In this document: positions 19,423 through 32,199 of the stretch, one piece after another
Numbering within the stretch: position 1 is the stretch's first letter
How the letters are laid out: every line of letters starts with the position of its first letter
Assembly: GCA_032718475.1 (NCBI GenBank)
Contig: JAUCBJ010001954.1
Coordinates: 1-42,388, forward strand
DNA: 42,388 nucleotides
From: Nemertoderma westbladi
Lineage: Eukaryota; Animalia; Xenacoelomorpha
Direction of reading: 5' to 3'
The notes under the pieces: model-generated
The model's input: only the letters and a program-made list of their open reading frames with translations
What the model was told of the DNA's origin: nothing
Databases searched by the model: none
Position numbers and translations under genes: made by a program

Positions 19423-22400
19423 TTAAACGCATTTGTAATTGTCACCAATGTCTGCAGCAGGATCCATAGTAGGGAACTTATCACCTCTCGTAGAATCACC
19501 ACTATCATTGCCTTCAAGAAGGCACAGCCTCTGGATAGGGCGTTGGTAGTGGCCCTTTTTATAATTGTCACCAATGTCCGCAGCAGGATCTTGAGTAGGG
19601 AACTTGTCACCTCTCGTAGAGTCACCACTGTCATTGCCTTCAAGAAGGCACAGCCTCTGGATAGGGCGTTGGTAGTGGCCCTTTGCCGTTCGTATCGTCA
19701 CAGTCCTCGCAAGTCCGTCTTTGCTTGGTTGTATTGCCACGACTCGCGCCACAGGCCAGTGGATGCGGTCTTTAAGGTCTTCTTTTACTAATACCATGTC
19801 GCCAACTTCGACATTCCTGTAGGTGTTGTTCCACTTCCTCCTGGTCCGGAGGGTTATGAGGTACTCCTGGGCCCAGATTCTCCACCAATGCGCTGCCAAC
19901 GCTTGGGCCTTCTTCCAGTTTGTATGTCTCGCAATATCGTTGGGATCCGGAAACATTGTCTCCGGGAGAACTTGAGTTTTAGGTCTCCCCAGTAGGTGAT
20001 TAGGAGTAAGGGGCTCCAGGTCTGTGTGGTCGTCGCGGATAGGGACAATGGGTCGGTTGTTCAGGGTAGCCGTGATCTCGCAGAATGTTGTGCGGAGGGT
20101 GTCATGGGTTACCCGGGTGTCTCCTAGAGCGACGCGCATGGATCGTTTCACTAGGTCGATCAGTTTCTCCCATACCCCGCTCGTATGGGGTGCTAAGGGG
20201 GTCTGGAAGTGCCACTGTATCTGGTGTTCCTTCCAGACTTGGGATGCGGTGTTATCGGTAAACCATCCCTCGATCGCCTCTCTAAGTTCTCTTTCTCCTC
20301 CCACAAAGTTTGTGCCATTATCGGAATACATGTGACGACATGTCCCATTGCTTGCCACGAACCGACGCAGAGCGTTGATGAATGCGTGTTGCGTAAGGTT
20401 CACCACAATGTCTAGGTAGATTGCCCTAGACCTAAGGCACGTAAATATGGTCCCCCAGCATTTGATGTTGGATCGTCGTTCAATGACCGTAAACGGACCG
20501 AAACAGTCCACTCCGGTGACGTAGAATGGTGGGGAATCGGGCTGTAGACGGGTGGCTGGTAAGTCGGCCATCTTTTGTGTGAGTGGTGGCGCTAGATATC
20601 TTCTGCAGATAAAGCAACGTTTCAACACTTTCCGGATCAGTGGCTGGATGTGTGTGATCCAATATCTTTGTCTTATATTAGCTATAATCCAGTTTTGTCC
20701 TGCGTGATGGTTCTCCTCGTGACATTGTTGAATTAATAGCTTGGCTAGTGTTGAAGTTCCGGGCAGAAGCGCCGGGTATTTAACCTCATATTCGACCGGG
20801 GCGTTTGCCATCCAGGTATTCAGTCGGATCAGTCCGTCCTCTCCCATCATTGGTCTCAGTTGGTAGACTGGGCTATCCGGTTTCAAGGTCTTGCCCGCAC
20901 TGAGTTGTTCCCACTCATCGGGGAAACTTTCTCTCTGGACATATCCAACGATACACTTCTCCGCGATAATGAGTTCTTGTATACTCCGTTGAACTATCGG
21001 CTTGTTGTCTTTCCACCGTAGGAAGTTGTGAAGGGTTATAATGTGGTGGATGAGCCGTCTCATTGATGAGGTTCGCTCGATCAACAGATGTAAAGACGCC
21101 GCTGGTTGAATGATCGTAGCAACGTATTAGTGCCTGCCCGAGTCCTTTGCAGGCTCAGTCAGACAGCTATAAATTTCCACTGCATTGCTTCTATGGATTT
21201 TACGGATCTCTTTATCGTCCTCGGAGTATTTTCCGCTATCAAGTTCGGGGTCGAATCGGGTACTCCATGTTAATTGTGGCTGTTGTAGGAATTCCGGGCC
21301 TGTAAGCCAGAGTTTACTTTTACCGAGTTGTTTTGGGGTGGCGCCTCGGCTTGATAAGTCCGCTGGGTTTTCTTTCCCATTCACATGGTGCCACTGTTCT
21401 CGGCCGGTACACTGTTTAATCTCTGTGGCTCGGTTCGCAACAAACGTAGTGTGACGCCGTGATGGAGAGTGGAGATAATAGAGAACTATACTCGAATCGA
21501 CCCAGAAGTGTTGAGACTCGATGGGGATTCGTAGGTTCCGCATGACCATGCGATTCTGTCTTACTGCCCAAACTGCAGCCTGTAGCTCGAGTCTTGGAAT
21601 CGTTGCTACGAATTCCCCGGATACTGTCTTGGCTTTAGAAAATAAGAAGCTCGTATCGCCGTTTCCATCGTTGATGAGTCTTCGTAAGAAGGTGACTACG
21701 CCAATTCCGGTATTCGAAGCATCCAAGAAGGTATGGAGCTGGAAGATATCGGTGGGTAGTTTATCGAGGAAGAACGGTCGAGGTATCCGCATAAGATGTA
21801 GGTGTTCGAGCTGCTCCGTCCATTTTCTCCATTTGACGCTGAGGTGTGGGGGGAGTTCTTCGTCCCATCCCAGTCCTTCTATCCACATTCCGGCCAAGGT
21901 TACTGGAGATATGAAATTTAGTGGGTCGAAGATGGCGCTTTTTATCGACAAACATCCCCTTTTTGTCATAGGCTTGGGTAGGGGTTTATATTTGAAAATG
22001 AATTCGTCTGATTCTATGTCCCATTCAATCCCGAGTACACGGTGTTCCACATCCTCCGAATACATTTTGTTATTTTCCAGTCGGATGTCCTCCGGAAACT
22101 TTTCCATAAGTGTTTTGTCGTGGGATCTGAACTTCACGAGCGGAAAACCTCCTTTCTTTAGACATTCTACCATCCCCATTGCTAGCCGATATGCCTCGTC
22201 CACATTATCTGCGCCGGCGCATCCATCGTCCACGTAAAAGCATCGTCGGATGGTTTCTATGACGGTTGGAGGGAACTCGTTTTCGCACATAGTTGCCGTC
22301 CTCTTCGGCATGTCACTGCATGCTACCGGCGAGTCCTTAGCGCCGAAGATCCTGACGACCATACGCATTATGTCTACGTCCTTTATCGTAAGTTGACTAA

Positions 22401-25400
22401 TCTCCTGTTGAGTTAGCGTTTTATCCGTCCATAGGATACGTAGACAGTCTGAGTCTCTTGGTAGCGTACTTACTTGATGAAACATGGCCTTGATGTCGCA
22501 GGTGAATGCTACCCGGTTTTCCCTGAACCTGATCAGTACGCCGATGAGTGTACTATATATGTTGGGTCCCGTGTAAAGCTGACTGTTTAGGGATTCGCCC
22601 TGGTACATAGCGGCGGCATCATTTACCACTCGGATTCTCCCACCCTTCCGGGCTTCTACCACATAGTGGGTTGGGAGGTAATATGTTCTTTTACCACCTT
22701 GCAGTTCATTCCGTGGTACCATTTCTGCTAATCCATCGTCGAGATATCCTTGGATTACGGTATTATATTTCTCCTTTATCTCGGGTTGGTCATTCAGCCG
22801 GCGTAGAATCCCCTTAAGTCGCCTAAGTGCCATGCTGGCGTTGTTTGCCATTGGTTTGTTTGGGTCCTTCCATAACATAGGTGAACACCAGTGTCCGTCT
22901 TTGAACGTGGCCTGGTTGAGAACGTCCATACAATATTGATCCTCTTCGGACGGGTTTTCGTCCTTTTCAGCGAACTCCTGGGTCTCTAGATTAAAGTATT
23001 TCGTCATCTCTTGTTGGGTTTTCTCGGTCTCCAGAAACAAATCCTCGTCAAGGTCCGTAGCTGAGCAATAACCCACGGAGGTTGCATTCTCTTTAATCTG
23101 ACATTTGGGAAGGTAGGTATATGTGTCAGTAGTTTCTTCCTTAATGCCACAGAGTGTCCATCCCATTATTGTTCGTTCAGCGTAAAATCCGTCATCCTGT
23201 TTTATAGATCGGGCGATATCTCCGGTGGGGATGTGTAGTTCCGGTGTATCAAGTCCGATCAGTAGAGTGATGCGGTTTACGTCCAACTGAGGACACCTCA
23301 GATCTACATCGTCTCGGTCCAATTGTATGAGGGGGGCGTACTCGGCCGATTGTCGGAACCGCACTCGGAGGTCTGTGTGTACCAAGGCGTTCTTGATGGT
23401 TAACTTAACCATTTCGTAGCCCTTCATCACTCCTTTCATCTGGAGTTGCACCTCCCCGGACTCTACCTCTCTGTTATCGGTGATGGTTTGTATGGGCCGT
23501 TTACAAGGTTCATATTCTAGGCCGAGTTGCTCGAGGAAATCCCGGTCGATGATGGTTCCGTCAGACCCGTTATCAAGGAACGCGAGCGTCGTCAGGGATT
23601 TGCCAACTCCTTGAATCCTTACTGGGATTACCTTTGCGAAGACCATGTAGCGGCGATTTATAAGATTAATCGTGGCTGAAATATTTGTTACTTGTGGTGT
23701 ATCGGTGGAGATTTTAAACGGGTTGGTTTCTCTCCGTTGGGTTGTCCGGGTTCCTTTGAAAACGTGGTTCGTTTCTCCCCTTCGCTTGGCTTCGATCCGA
23801 AAGGGGAGGGTAGTGAAATCGAAGTTCGCGGGGATGTGGAGGAGCGTGTGATGACGTTGGTCGTTACAGACGGCACAGCACGATCTTTGGTCGCAATCCC
23901 AAACATAGTGACCTGTTCCAAGACACCGGAAGCATCCTCGGTGTTTCATTATCGCCTCGAAGCGTGGGACGAGTTCGGCGAACTGAAACTTCCTGCAGAA
24001 TTCCACTTTATGTTTCTCTCCACAGAAGAGACAGAGGAGGGAGTTTGTGATGCCTTCCCTCTCGGGTGCCCAATTCGCAAGGTAACACGCCCATTCCTCG
24101 GCGGATGTCGGTTCCTCGTAGTCTTCCTCGTCGGAATCCTCGGCCATGGTGATGGCCATCGTACTCACCGGTGGGGGGCGGAATCTCGGTTTCGGAGGGG
24201 GTATCTTACTCCTGGAGTTGCTCTCTATTCCATCCAACTTGGCGAGACTCTGTTTTGAAAACATCGAGTCATTCATGGCTTCGGAGATATCATCCAGGAA
24301 TGCCAACATTTCAAGGAAGCTAGGATCTCGATCTGGATGTCTGCGCCGGAGATCTACGCATTTATAAGCCCACTTACTTTGTAGCCATCCGGGGAACTTC
24401 CGGGCGATCTGTCGGAGGTTTAGAATGTTGTTCACCTGGTCCTCCTTATTTAAGGGTTTCAGAGTATAGTAGGCACCCTTCATAGAGTCGGAGAATTCCT
24501 GGATGTTCTGTGGGTCCCCTAGTGATCCCGCGTCCTGTATCAGTCTCTCTAGAGTTTTATTAATTATAGTTCCGGTATTTCCGTATCTTTTATCTAGAGT
24601 TTTCCATGCGTCATAGTATGCCTCATGAGAACCTCCCTCAAAACATGCAATAATTCTGCGTGGTTTGTCACCCAGGTATTGCGACAAATATACCAATTTC
24701 TGTGCGTCGGCTATGTCCGTTGATCCAATCTGCGCAAAGAACCGTTTCTTGAATCTGAGATAATCGACGGGATCTCCTTCGAAGGTGCGGATCTCCATCT
24801 TAGGCATGGCAAGGCGGTTTTCCAACGCCCGGATAATACTGACGTCGTCTGAACTGGAGTGACTCGGAGGGTTATAGTTATTGGCACTCACTCCCATACT
24901 CGATGGATCAATGATAGGTGGAGTTTTAATGATGACGCGACTACAGATTTGTGGTATGGATGTAAATGGGTTGTTGGATCGGGGAGTGGCGTCCCGTTCC
25001 GAGTCCCTTTCAGGCTCGTACTTGGGTACACTCGTTGTCGTGGGGTTGGATGGGAAACACGGTTCCTCATTTTTCAGCGTAACCGGTGGAGGATGGAACA
25101 CCGGTGCTTGTGCCGATAACGTAGACTGTATGGTAGGCGGTTTCGGAAGTTTCGCCGCTGTTGGTGTAAATGACTTCTCTAATTCCGGTACCGGGATTGG
25201 TTCATATTCCTGATCTATATCCCTTTCCCAGTCCTCATAGAGTTGAATATCTCGTTCTATAAGTGCGGCTTCGTACTCCGCGAGTTTCGCGATATCCGCA
25301 TTCTTTTTGTGTATGAGAATCGCTTGGGCCTCGGCGTGTTGTTTACGCATTTCTGCTTCCCATTTACGTTGTTCGATCTCTCGTTCGGCCTCTCGTCCAC

Positions 25401-26178
25401 GTTGTGCGGCCTCCCGTCTACGTTGTTCAGCCTGCCGTTCGGCCTCTCGTCTATGTTGTTCAGCCTCCTGTTCACATTGTTCAGCCTCCTGTTCACGTTG
25501 TGCGGCCTGCCGTTCGGCCTCTTGTTCGGCCTCTCGTTTTTGCATTTCGGCGGCTAATACATCTTGCTCGGTTTGCAGTTGAATATACTCATCTTCCATC
25601 CGAGCTTTGAGGGCTAATGCCTTCCGTTCTCGTAGCTGCTCTCGGAGTGGTTGACCCCCTTGAGAGCTGTGTGCTGAACCGGACACCGCGCTCCTAGCGC
25701 TGGAGTGCTGATTTCTAGAGGACCCCGTTCTCTTTCGATGTACTGCTGTCCTGGTGCTGGAGGTTCGCACTGATTCTGCGTCTGTTCTTTCAGCTCTCTT
25801 GCAGTACTGTTCTTCGTAGCCCCTCACGAGGCTAAGGGTCCTCCGGTGTTGTTTGCGGAATTCGTCTAGGCGTGCAACGTGTTCTTCCAATTTGGGATAA
25901 TTTACCTGGTCGGTGGCGGGGATGAGTTCTTGGTACGCCTGTATCATTTTCTCATATCTTTGTAAGATACTTCGGATACTCTGAAGCTGAGTTTGTATCT
26001 CGTTGAGGGGGGTTTCGACTCCCTTGAGTTGTTTCTCTATACGTTGGTATGCTCGAGTGACTCCGCCTTTGAGAGCACCTAGTCGACGAGCCATGTTCTT
26101 GATGTTCGGTACCTCGTCGGTTTCCGAGTCTGTGTGGTGATCCATCTCGTCGGTATCGGATACGTTATTTGTCGTCAT
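19423..26178 (-). pseudogene. BEL/Pao gag-pol polyprotein with one in-frame stop
   Basis: Coiled coil; DUF1759-like FEGDP; three knuckles (CLFC, CFRC, CAVC...HHTLLH); protease FLDNGS; RT CDIKAMF / YVDD; RNase H FLDAS; integrase HH-CC, GVDCFGP, SDNGTNF, GVWE. ORFs 21127-26178 and 19423-21084 are in the same frame, split by TAA at 21127-21129. Confidence 0.95.
19436..19684. repeat. 126-bp in-frame tandem duplication at the integrase C-terminus
   Basis: KGHYQRPIQRLCLLEGNDSGDSTRGDKFPTxDPAADIGDNYK occurs twice. Confidence 0.92.
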
Positions 26179-26366
26179 TGTAGCGCCTCGTCGATAGCTA
26201 GATATGCGATGTCATAAAACAGTTCCTCGTAGGTATTGTACTCAGCTTGGACCACCCGAACGGTAATCCTGAATCGTCCGACATTCAATCCTTGTACTTC
26301 AACCTCGACGTGCCAGATTCCTGGCTCAACTTGGATTATATCAATGGGTGTGATCGATACTTCCAT
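26175..26366 (-). CDS. Small leader ORF (63 aa) stop-start coupled to gag
   Basis: ATG start and protein-like sequence; its TGA overlaps the gag ATG (ATGA at 26175-26178). Confidence 0.4.
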   Translation of the reverse strand: MEVSITPIDIIQVEPGIWHVEVEVQGLNVGRFRITVRVVQAEYNTYEELFYDIAYLAIDEALQ

Positions 26367-26698
26367 TCCCTGTTAACAACTCTCCAAATATGTGATCTGC
26401 CGACTACGAGTTGGTTAGATCGAGTTTGTTGATTAATTAAACCACGACTTAGTCTTAACTCAAATACCAGAGTTTCCTCGTAGTGGGTGCTGGCAAGCAC
26501 GTAGAGAGTTTTGAAGAGTATTGTAGGATTCTCAACTTCCACCAGTTGAAGTTGGCCGCGTATTATTCTCAATTTTGACACCCTGTCAAAATTGACTGTA
26601 ATTATTCTCAATTTTGTTGCCGTTATCCCAACACCAGGAGGGAAAAACGCCGATGCTGGAGACGTGACTTTACAGACCACCGAGCCCCGGCCAGTCAC
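26336..26698 (-). CDS. Putative leader ORF (~120 aa, no ATG)
   Basis: Open frame in the 5' leader, overlapping the start of the 63-aa ORF; same protein sequence in the second copy (13640-14002). Confidence 0.3.
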   Translation of the reverse strand: MTGRGSVVCKVTSPASAFFPPGVGITATKLRIITVNFDRVSKLRIIRGQLQLVEVENPTILFKTLYVLASTHYEETLVFELRLSRGLINQQTRSNQLVVGRSHIWRVVNREWKYRSHPLI

Positions 26699-26910
26699 CG
26701 GATATTGATTGTGGAGAAGGAATGATTTCTGAGATGCAGGTTGCGGTTGAGAAAAAGCTGCATTAGTTGGATATACTCTTTAATGTAACTGAACTCTGTT
26801 GAACCTGATTGAGAATAATTTTGGGCTTCCCCAAATCAATATACACCAAATATTCACAATAATTATACACGACAATATAAATCCCTACAGTATATTATTT
26901 AATTACCCAC

Positions 26911-28107
26911 TGTTCGCTCAGATTTTAGCCTAACTAATGTTCCCCAGATTTTCCCTCGGTCCTAGTCTTGATGCCGTAGTGTCGGTGTCGGTCGACCCTG
27001 TCGCGTGTCCGTTCCACCCCTCCCGAACCCGAAGGGAACGATCATCGAGAACCAGCACGGCTTGGCTAAGGGTCGGTCCAGTCGGTAGACTCTGTCGCGT
27101 ATCCGTACCACCCCTCTCGAACCCTGAAGGGATCGGTCATCGAGAACCAGTACGGCTTGGCTAGGAGTCTGTCGTGTCGGTGGACCCGTTCGCATGTCCA
27201 TCCCACCCCTCACGAACCCCGAAGGGTTCAATCATCGAGAACCAGTACGGCTTGGCTAGGGGTCCGTCGGTTCATCGCAGAAACCCAACCACCTAGGCTT
27301 TCCGAGTCCCTTTCAGGCTCGTAGTCGCTTCAGCAGCCGAGAAACTGCTCCGAACAGTCGGTAGGCCAGTAGAGTCTAGTCCTTTGTCTTTCGACCCCGT
27401 CGCGTGTCCGTCCCACCCCTCACGAACCCCGAAGGGGACGATCATCGAGAACCAGTATGGCTTGGCTAAGGGGTCTGTCGTCGGTTCCCATCGCAAATCC
27501 CTGGTGCAAGCAGCTGGCGTTCCGATGTCCTTTTCAGGCTCGTAGTAACTGCTGTTGACCAGAGACCGCTAAGGGCAGTCCTCGTCAAACCCTTCCTCTG
27601 TAAGTCGGTAGACCCTTTCGCGTGTCCGTCCCACCCCTCACGAACCCCGAAGGGAACGATCATCGAGAACCAGTACGGCTTGGCTAGGGGTCTGTCGTGT
27701 CGTTTCCCGTCGCAAGTCCCTGACACAAGCAGCTGGCGTTCCGATGTCCTTTTCAGGCTCGTAATAACTGCTGTTGGCCAGGGACCGCTAAGGGCAGTCC
27801 TTGTCCATTAGGCCTGGCGCGTTACCAAATCCACCTCTACAGGCAGCAGGAAGTTGGCCAGGGCCTAATAGTAATCAGGCTAACCTGAATACTGCTTGAA
27901 TTTTCCATCCCCCCCTGGCCCTTATAAACATGAAATTAGTCCCGTACCCTGTAAGTCGCCCCAAAGTTCGCCCATAAATCACCCCCAGTTTATAGAATGT
28001 GCCCAAAACCCATGGTCCTGCACCCAGTAGTAATATCGGAATAATCATTTTAAATTAATACAAAAAATATTCAACTCGCGTTATGGAAAGTTGAAATACC
28101 GCGAACA
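26911..28107 (-). repeat. 5' LTR (1197 bp)
   Basis: Same TGTTCGC...GCGAACA termini; differs from the 3' LTR by about 7 substitutions and one 1-bp indel by eye. Confidence 0.88.
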
Positions 28108-28597
28108 TTCAGACTCCATGGCAAACATTCTCGGAGCAATCGTGCCGTACCAGAAATTTGCAAAAACGTAAAGCAGGGACAGTTTTCGCCAAACCCTTTT
28201 TTACAAGAACCTTTTTTTATAATCGTTTCCTATAAAATAATGCTAAGTTTTTACATCCTAGAACATTCGATAACTATTGTAATTAATTAATAGGTTGGTT
28301 GCTTTTTTTACCATATATTATTAAATAAATGTGAGATAGTTAGTGCAGTTAGTTTAATTATAATATCGTAAACATCACTGCACAAAAACGCGTTTTACAC
28401 ACCAGATCTTTAAAACATTACCTTTATTCGCATGCGAAAATAAGGGTTATGCCAGAGCCAGCCTAGAGGCCAAGCAAGGTACCGGTAGCCGTAGCAATGC
28501 AAGAAGCTAGAAACTTCCTATTGGGTGCTATTTTTAGATCCTTCCCCCTTTTCTTACCCCCTCATCCGTGCCACCACTGATTCAGCCAAACAACCCA

Positions 28598-28790
28598 GGC
28601 AGCTCCGTAGCCCATCATTGTTCCAATTCTTCCGGTAGTCTATCATTACGGCTCTCCTAATTTGTTTCACTGGCATACTTAACATTGTTCCAATGTGTTG
28701 AGCTCCGTAGCACATCATTGTTCCAATTCTCCGGTAGACTATCATTACGGCCCTCCTAATTTGTTTCAAATTTGTTTCACTGGCATACAT
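28598..28790. repeat. Short tandem duplication (~100-bp unit, 2 copies)
   Basis: AGCTCCGTAGC.CATCATTGTTCCAATTCT.CCGGTAG.CTATCATTACGG..CTCCTAATTTGTTTCA occurs twice. Confidence 0.75.
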
Positions 28791-29002
28791 AGCATTGCAG
28801 GTAGGACACCATTACGTGGCTCCTAATATGTTTCAATTATGTTCCAATTTTGTTTCAACTAACAGAGACATACTAGTGGCAGTACGCGACATTTACATTA
28901 ATACCTACCACCCACTGTACATTGTTATGTATCATTGTATATTGTTTATGGTATTCTGGTAGCCCTACTTATGATATGTAATAAATAACCGTGAAGTAAA
29001 TC

Positions 29003-29152
29003 ACCGGGGGGGGGGGGGCATTCTGCGCGGTAGGGGGCCATATGGCGCTACGCCTATGTGACCCGGGGGGCATTTGGCGCTAGGCGAATATGCCCCCCTG
29101 GGCTGGGCATTCCGCGCGCGGGGGGGGGGACATTTTCGCCTGTGACACCGGT
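29003..29152. repeat. G-run-rich MITE-like terminal fragment
   Basis: Repeated GGGGGGCAT/GGGGGACAT motifs ending TGTGACACCGG-TA; partner end not found. Confidence 0.4.
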
Positions 29153-29268
29153 ATGCCTGCACTGCTACGTCATATGATGATACTGAACTGATACATAAAC
29201 ATGCAACGTGAAACGTGATTCCCTATTCAGCTATTGCCTATTTACCTAACAGACAGTTAGGTAAATAT

Positions 29269-31168
29269 CAGTGCCGGATTAAGCCTCTGGTGGCCCTAAG
29301 GCACATTTTAGTACTTTCCAAAAATGGCCCGAAAATTGATATTTTTCCGCAAACCCTTTCAAAAGAAAAAGCTGCTAAAGACAACTGAAATTGTCAAAAT
29401 GTTGCGAAGGAAATATAAAGTATTTTCGTTGGATGACTGACTGCGTGCAAATAACTACTAATTACTTTAATAATAAGTAGGCCTACTTTGCAAAAATAGT
29501 TTTCATCAAGAATTGTAACATTACTAAACGGCATATAAAACCTTTGCTATAAAGAGTGTAATGGTTTTGGTAGATTTTCTCAAGCTTTAATTTTTTAATA
29601 TATTTATGGGACCATTACCCCAAATCTATTTGTTTTATTTATAAAGCTACTATTCTGAAACCTTAACACAATGATCTGTGAGCTTTTATATACGATGAAA
29701 ACTGAGTATAGATAGATTCATAAACCGTTAGTTCGAAAATTATGGCACTTTTTGAGCAGGTCGGTTTTTTCAAAATTGGGTACAAAAAAATTGTTACAAA
29801 ATCGGCTCTAGAAGATACAAATGGCCATATTTTACAAAACCAACGATAGTAGTCCTAAAGCTGCTGAACATTTTGGTATATGTTTGATGGAAATTGAGTA
29901 AAAAATAAAATAGTAGTTCTGGGAATTTAGTGAATTTAGTGAAGTCTAAATCGACAAACTGATAAAAAGGTTGTTTTATACAGAGAGTCATAAATATCAG
30001 CAATATATTATGTTGTTGAAAAGAACAGTTTTGAGTTCAAAAAATAATTCAATGTTGAAAACCGATATCACCTTATGAAAGCCCTTCTATCAAACTACAA
30101 AAAATTGTGCAAATTTTCGAAAATTTCATTTCTGTGGGGGTTAGTTGGCCCCCTTAAGGCTGACTGGCCCCTGTAGCCATTTAGCAATTTTGATAGGATC
30201 GTGGGAATGAATGTGTTATTTATTTTCTGTAGGGTAGGTTTTGCACGGTACTTATCTTTACAGGACTTGCTGAGAAATATAACACACCAGAAGTGTGGGC
30301 TTTGTGCAAAGATATAATATTTCTGATCTATATTTGGACTTGCTGAGAAAGAAATGTTCTCCGATAGAGAACAGTCTCGGAAATAAGTACTTTTCGTCAC
30401 TAATTTTAATTTACGCTTATTTAATTTATTTTTTATTTTATTTAATTTTAATTATGCTGCCCAATTATGCTTTTAGGTTTTGTAGGAAATGCACCTAAAA
30501 GGCCATCGAATGCAAAATTCAATACACGAGGGCAGAACATCTGAATTTCGGTTAAATTAAATTACAGTAGTGACAAGAAGTTATTTCGGACACGTTTTTT
30601 TTTTTATCAACAACTATTTTATCTACAACTAATTTATCTTTTTTTTATCTATTAGGGCCTATATTAATAAAACTCGTTTCCGGTAAAAAAAATTAATTTC
30701 GCACTACCATATCTCCACGCCATACATTTACTATGAACAGTATTTCCAGTATGTTACCACGTCATTATTTGGTTGTTCCAGAAAGTTTAAGAGCTTAACT
30801 ACAAATAATTCCCCACAAATAAATAAAATTAAATTCTCCATTGTTCATAATTAGCACTTTAAAGTTTAAGTGCCCATGTTTTATTATTTCCATTCCATCA
30901 GGTCATTCAGGTCTCGAACTAATAACACAGCACCTGTCGGTCGACTGAGCTAGAATTTTTCACTTTCTATCAGAAATTTAGGGATAGTAAGTAGTCGAAA
31001 GATGCACTTTCTTGCTCTGTTTTCTATAAATTTTAGTGAGAAAAAATGTCGACTTTTTACATAAAAATATTTTTTTCACAGGAATGACTCGCTGAGAAAA
31101 AATGGCCCGTATTTTCGGCTGGCCCTTAAGGTACGTGCCTTATATGCCTTAAGGTTAATCCGGCACTG
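29269..31168. mobile_element. hAT-type non-autonomous DNA transposon (1.9 kb)
   Basis: 14-bp TIRs CAGTGCCGGATTAA / TTAATCCGGCACTG; perfect 8-bp TSD GTAAATAT at 29261-29268 and 31169-31176; subterminal GGCCC motifs; no transposase. Confidence 0.92.
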
Positions 31169-31203
31169 GTAAATATTATATCTCTTTCTCCTGATTGGTT
31201 ATA

Positions 31204-31450
31204 GGATCAGATGCTGTCAGATCAGATCAGATAAGGACAGACGCTTTATTCTACCTCAGGCCTAATTGGTTTATTTTACCGGTTGTTTGTTTGCTATTTT
31301 ATTTGTTTGCGTACTCATTATGCACTCATTATTTGTTAATTTTATATTGTTTAATTCTGTAATAATGTTAATATTGTGGCATGCTATTTCTGTAGGCCTA
31401 TTTGTTATTGTTTAATTTTTAATGCAGTCAATTTTATATTGTTTAATTAT
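31204..31450. repeat. Dispersed repeat related to 11355-11545 (probable MITE end)
   Basis: TCAGATCAGATAAGGACAGACG is the reverse complement of ~11500-11525, while the adjacent AT-rich block matches 11355-11470 in direct orientation. Confidence 0.6.
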
Positions 31451-31782
31451 GTAGTGAAATTAATTATTAATATTGTAAAAAAAAAATGTCTTATAAAATT
31501 GCAATTTTTTCACATTTTTTTTCCGAATTCCCAAAATTCACGAATTTTTACAAAAATGCCAGTCTTTTCTCACTGCAGCACTGAGTCGGGGTAGTGACTG
31601 AATTTTGAAAAAAAGTACCGGTATAAGTATTTTCCCAGGGGAATTTCCCAGGGGACACTATAAATGGGCAATTTTGAAAAAAAAATCACAAGTTGTGTGC
31701 ACCAAATTAATTATTCCCGTCATCTATCATCCCAGTCCCAGTGACAGATTCTTCTGAAGACGTTCCGGTTCCATTTGCCAGT

Positions 31783-31917
31783 TACCGGTAGGCCGGCGCT
31801 ACCGGTAGGCCGGCACTTACCTGCTTACCGGTAGGTCGTCACCACCGGTAGGCTGGCACTTACCGGTAAGCCGGCACCACCGGTAGGCCGGAACCACCGC
31901 CACCGGTACTACCGGTA
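31783..31917. repeat. Degenerate ACCGGTAGGCCGGC(A/G)C tandem repeat upstream of CPSF3
   Basis: About 8 ACCGGTA cores visible. Confidence 0.75.
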
Positions 31918-32199
31918 TTCATCTTCAATCACCTCTTCGATGTCAGACGTCGCAAATAACAAATAACAATATATATTTCAATATTAGTCAATAGTAATAT
32001 AGATAATAATAGATAGAATGATAATAAAAGAACTTCAAACTTCAAAGCTCTATACACTATAGCTAGGTACCTATTTAACAGATTTATAGGACTGTAGTAT
32101 CACTCTATTGTTTATTGTCAATCTGTGAGTCATATATCTGTCTATTAGATACATTGCATTGAAATCTGGCACTTAGCTAAATACTGAAATACCTGCAAT

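Larger units (their letters stand above)
14215..28107 (-). mobile_element. BEL/Pao LTR retrotransposon, ~13.9 kb, with accessory ORFs
   Basis: Paired near-identical LTRs, PPT, and gag-PR-RT-RH-IN in BEL order with BEL-specific motifs. No TSD is recoverable because the left flank is a further element copy. Confidence 0.95.

Noticed and set aside
21185-25610. Numerous + strand ORFs opposite gag-pol (e.g. 21521-22237, 23692-24258)
   Set aside because: Antisense shadows of a long coding frame, with no motifs.
29570-30156. Nested Kolobok-like MITE ending at CCCCC-TTAA within the hAT element
   Set aside because: Only one plausible end was seen; no matching TIR/TTAA partner could be confirmed.
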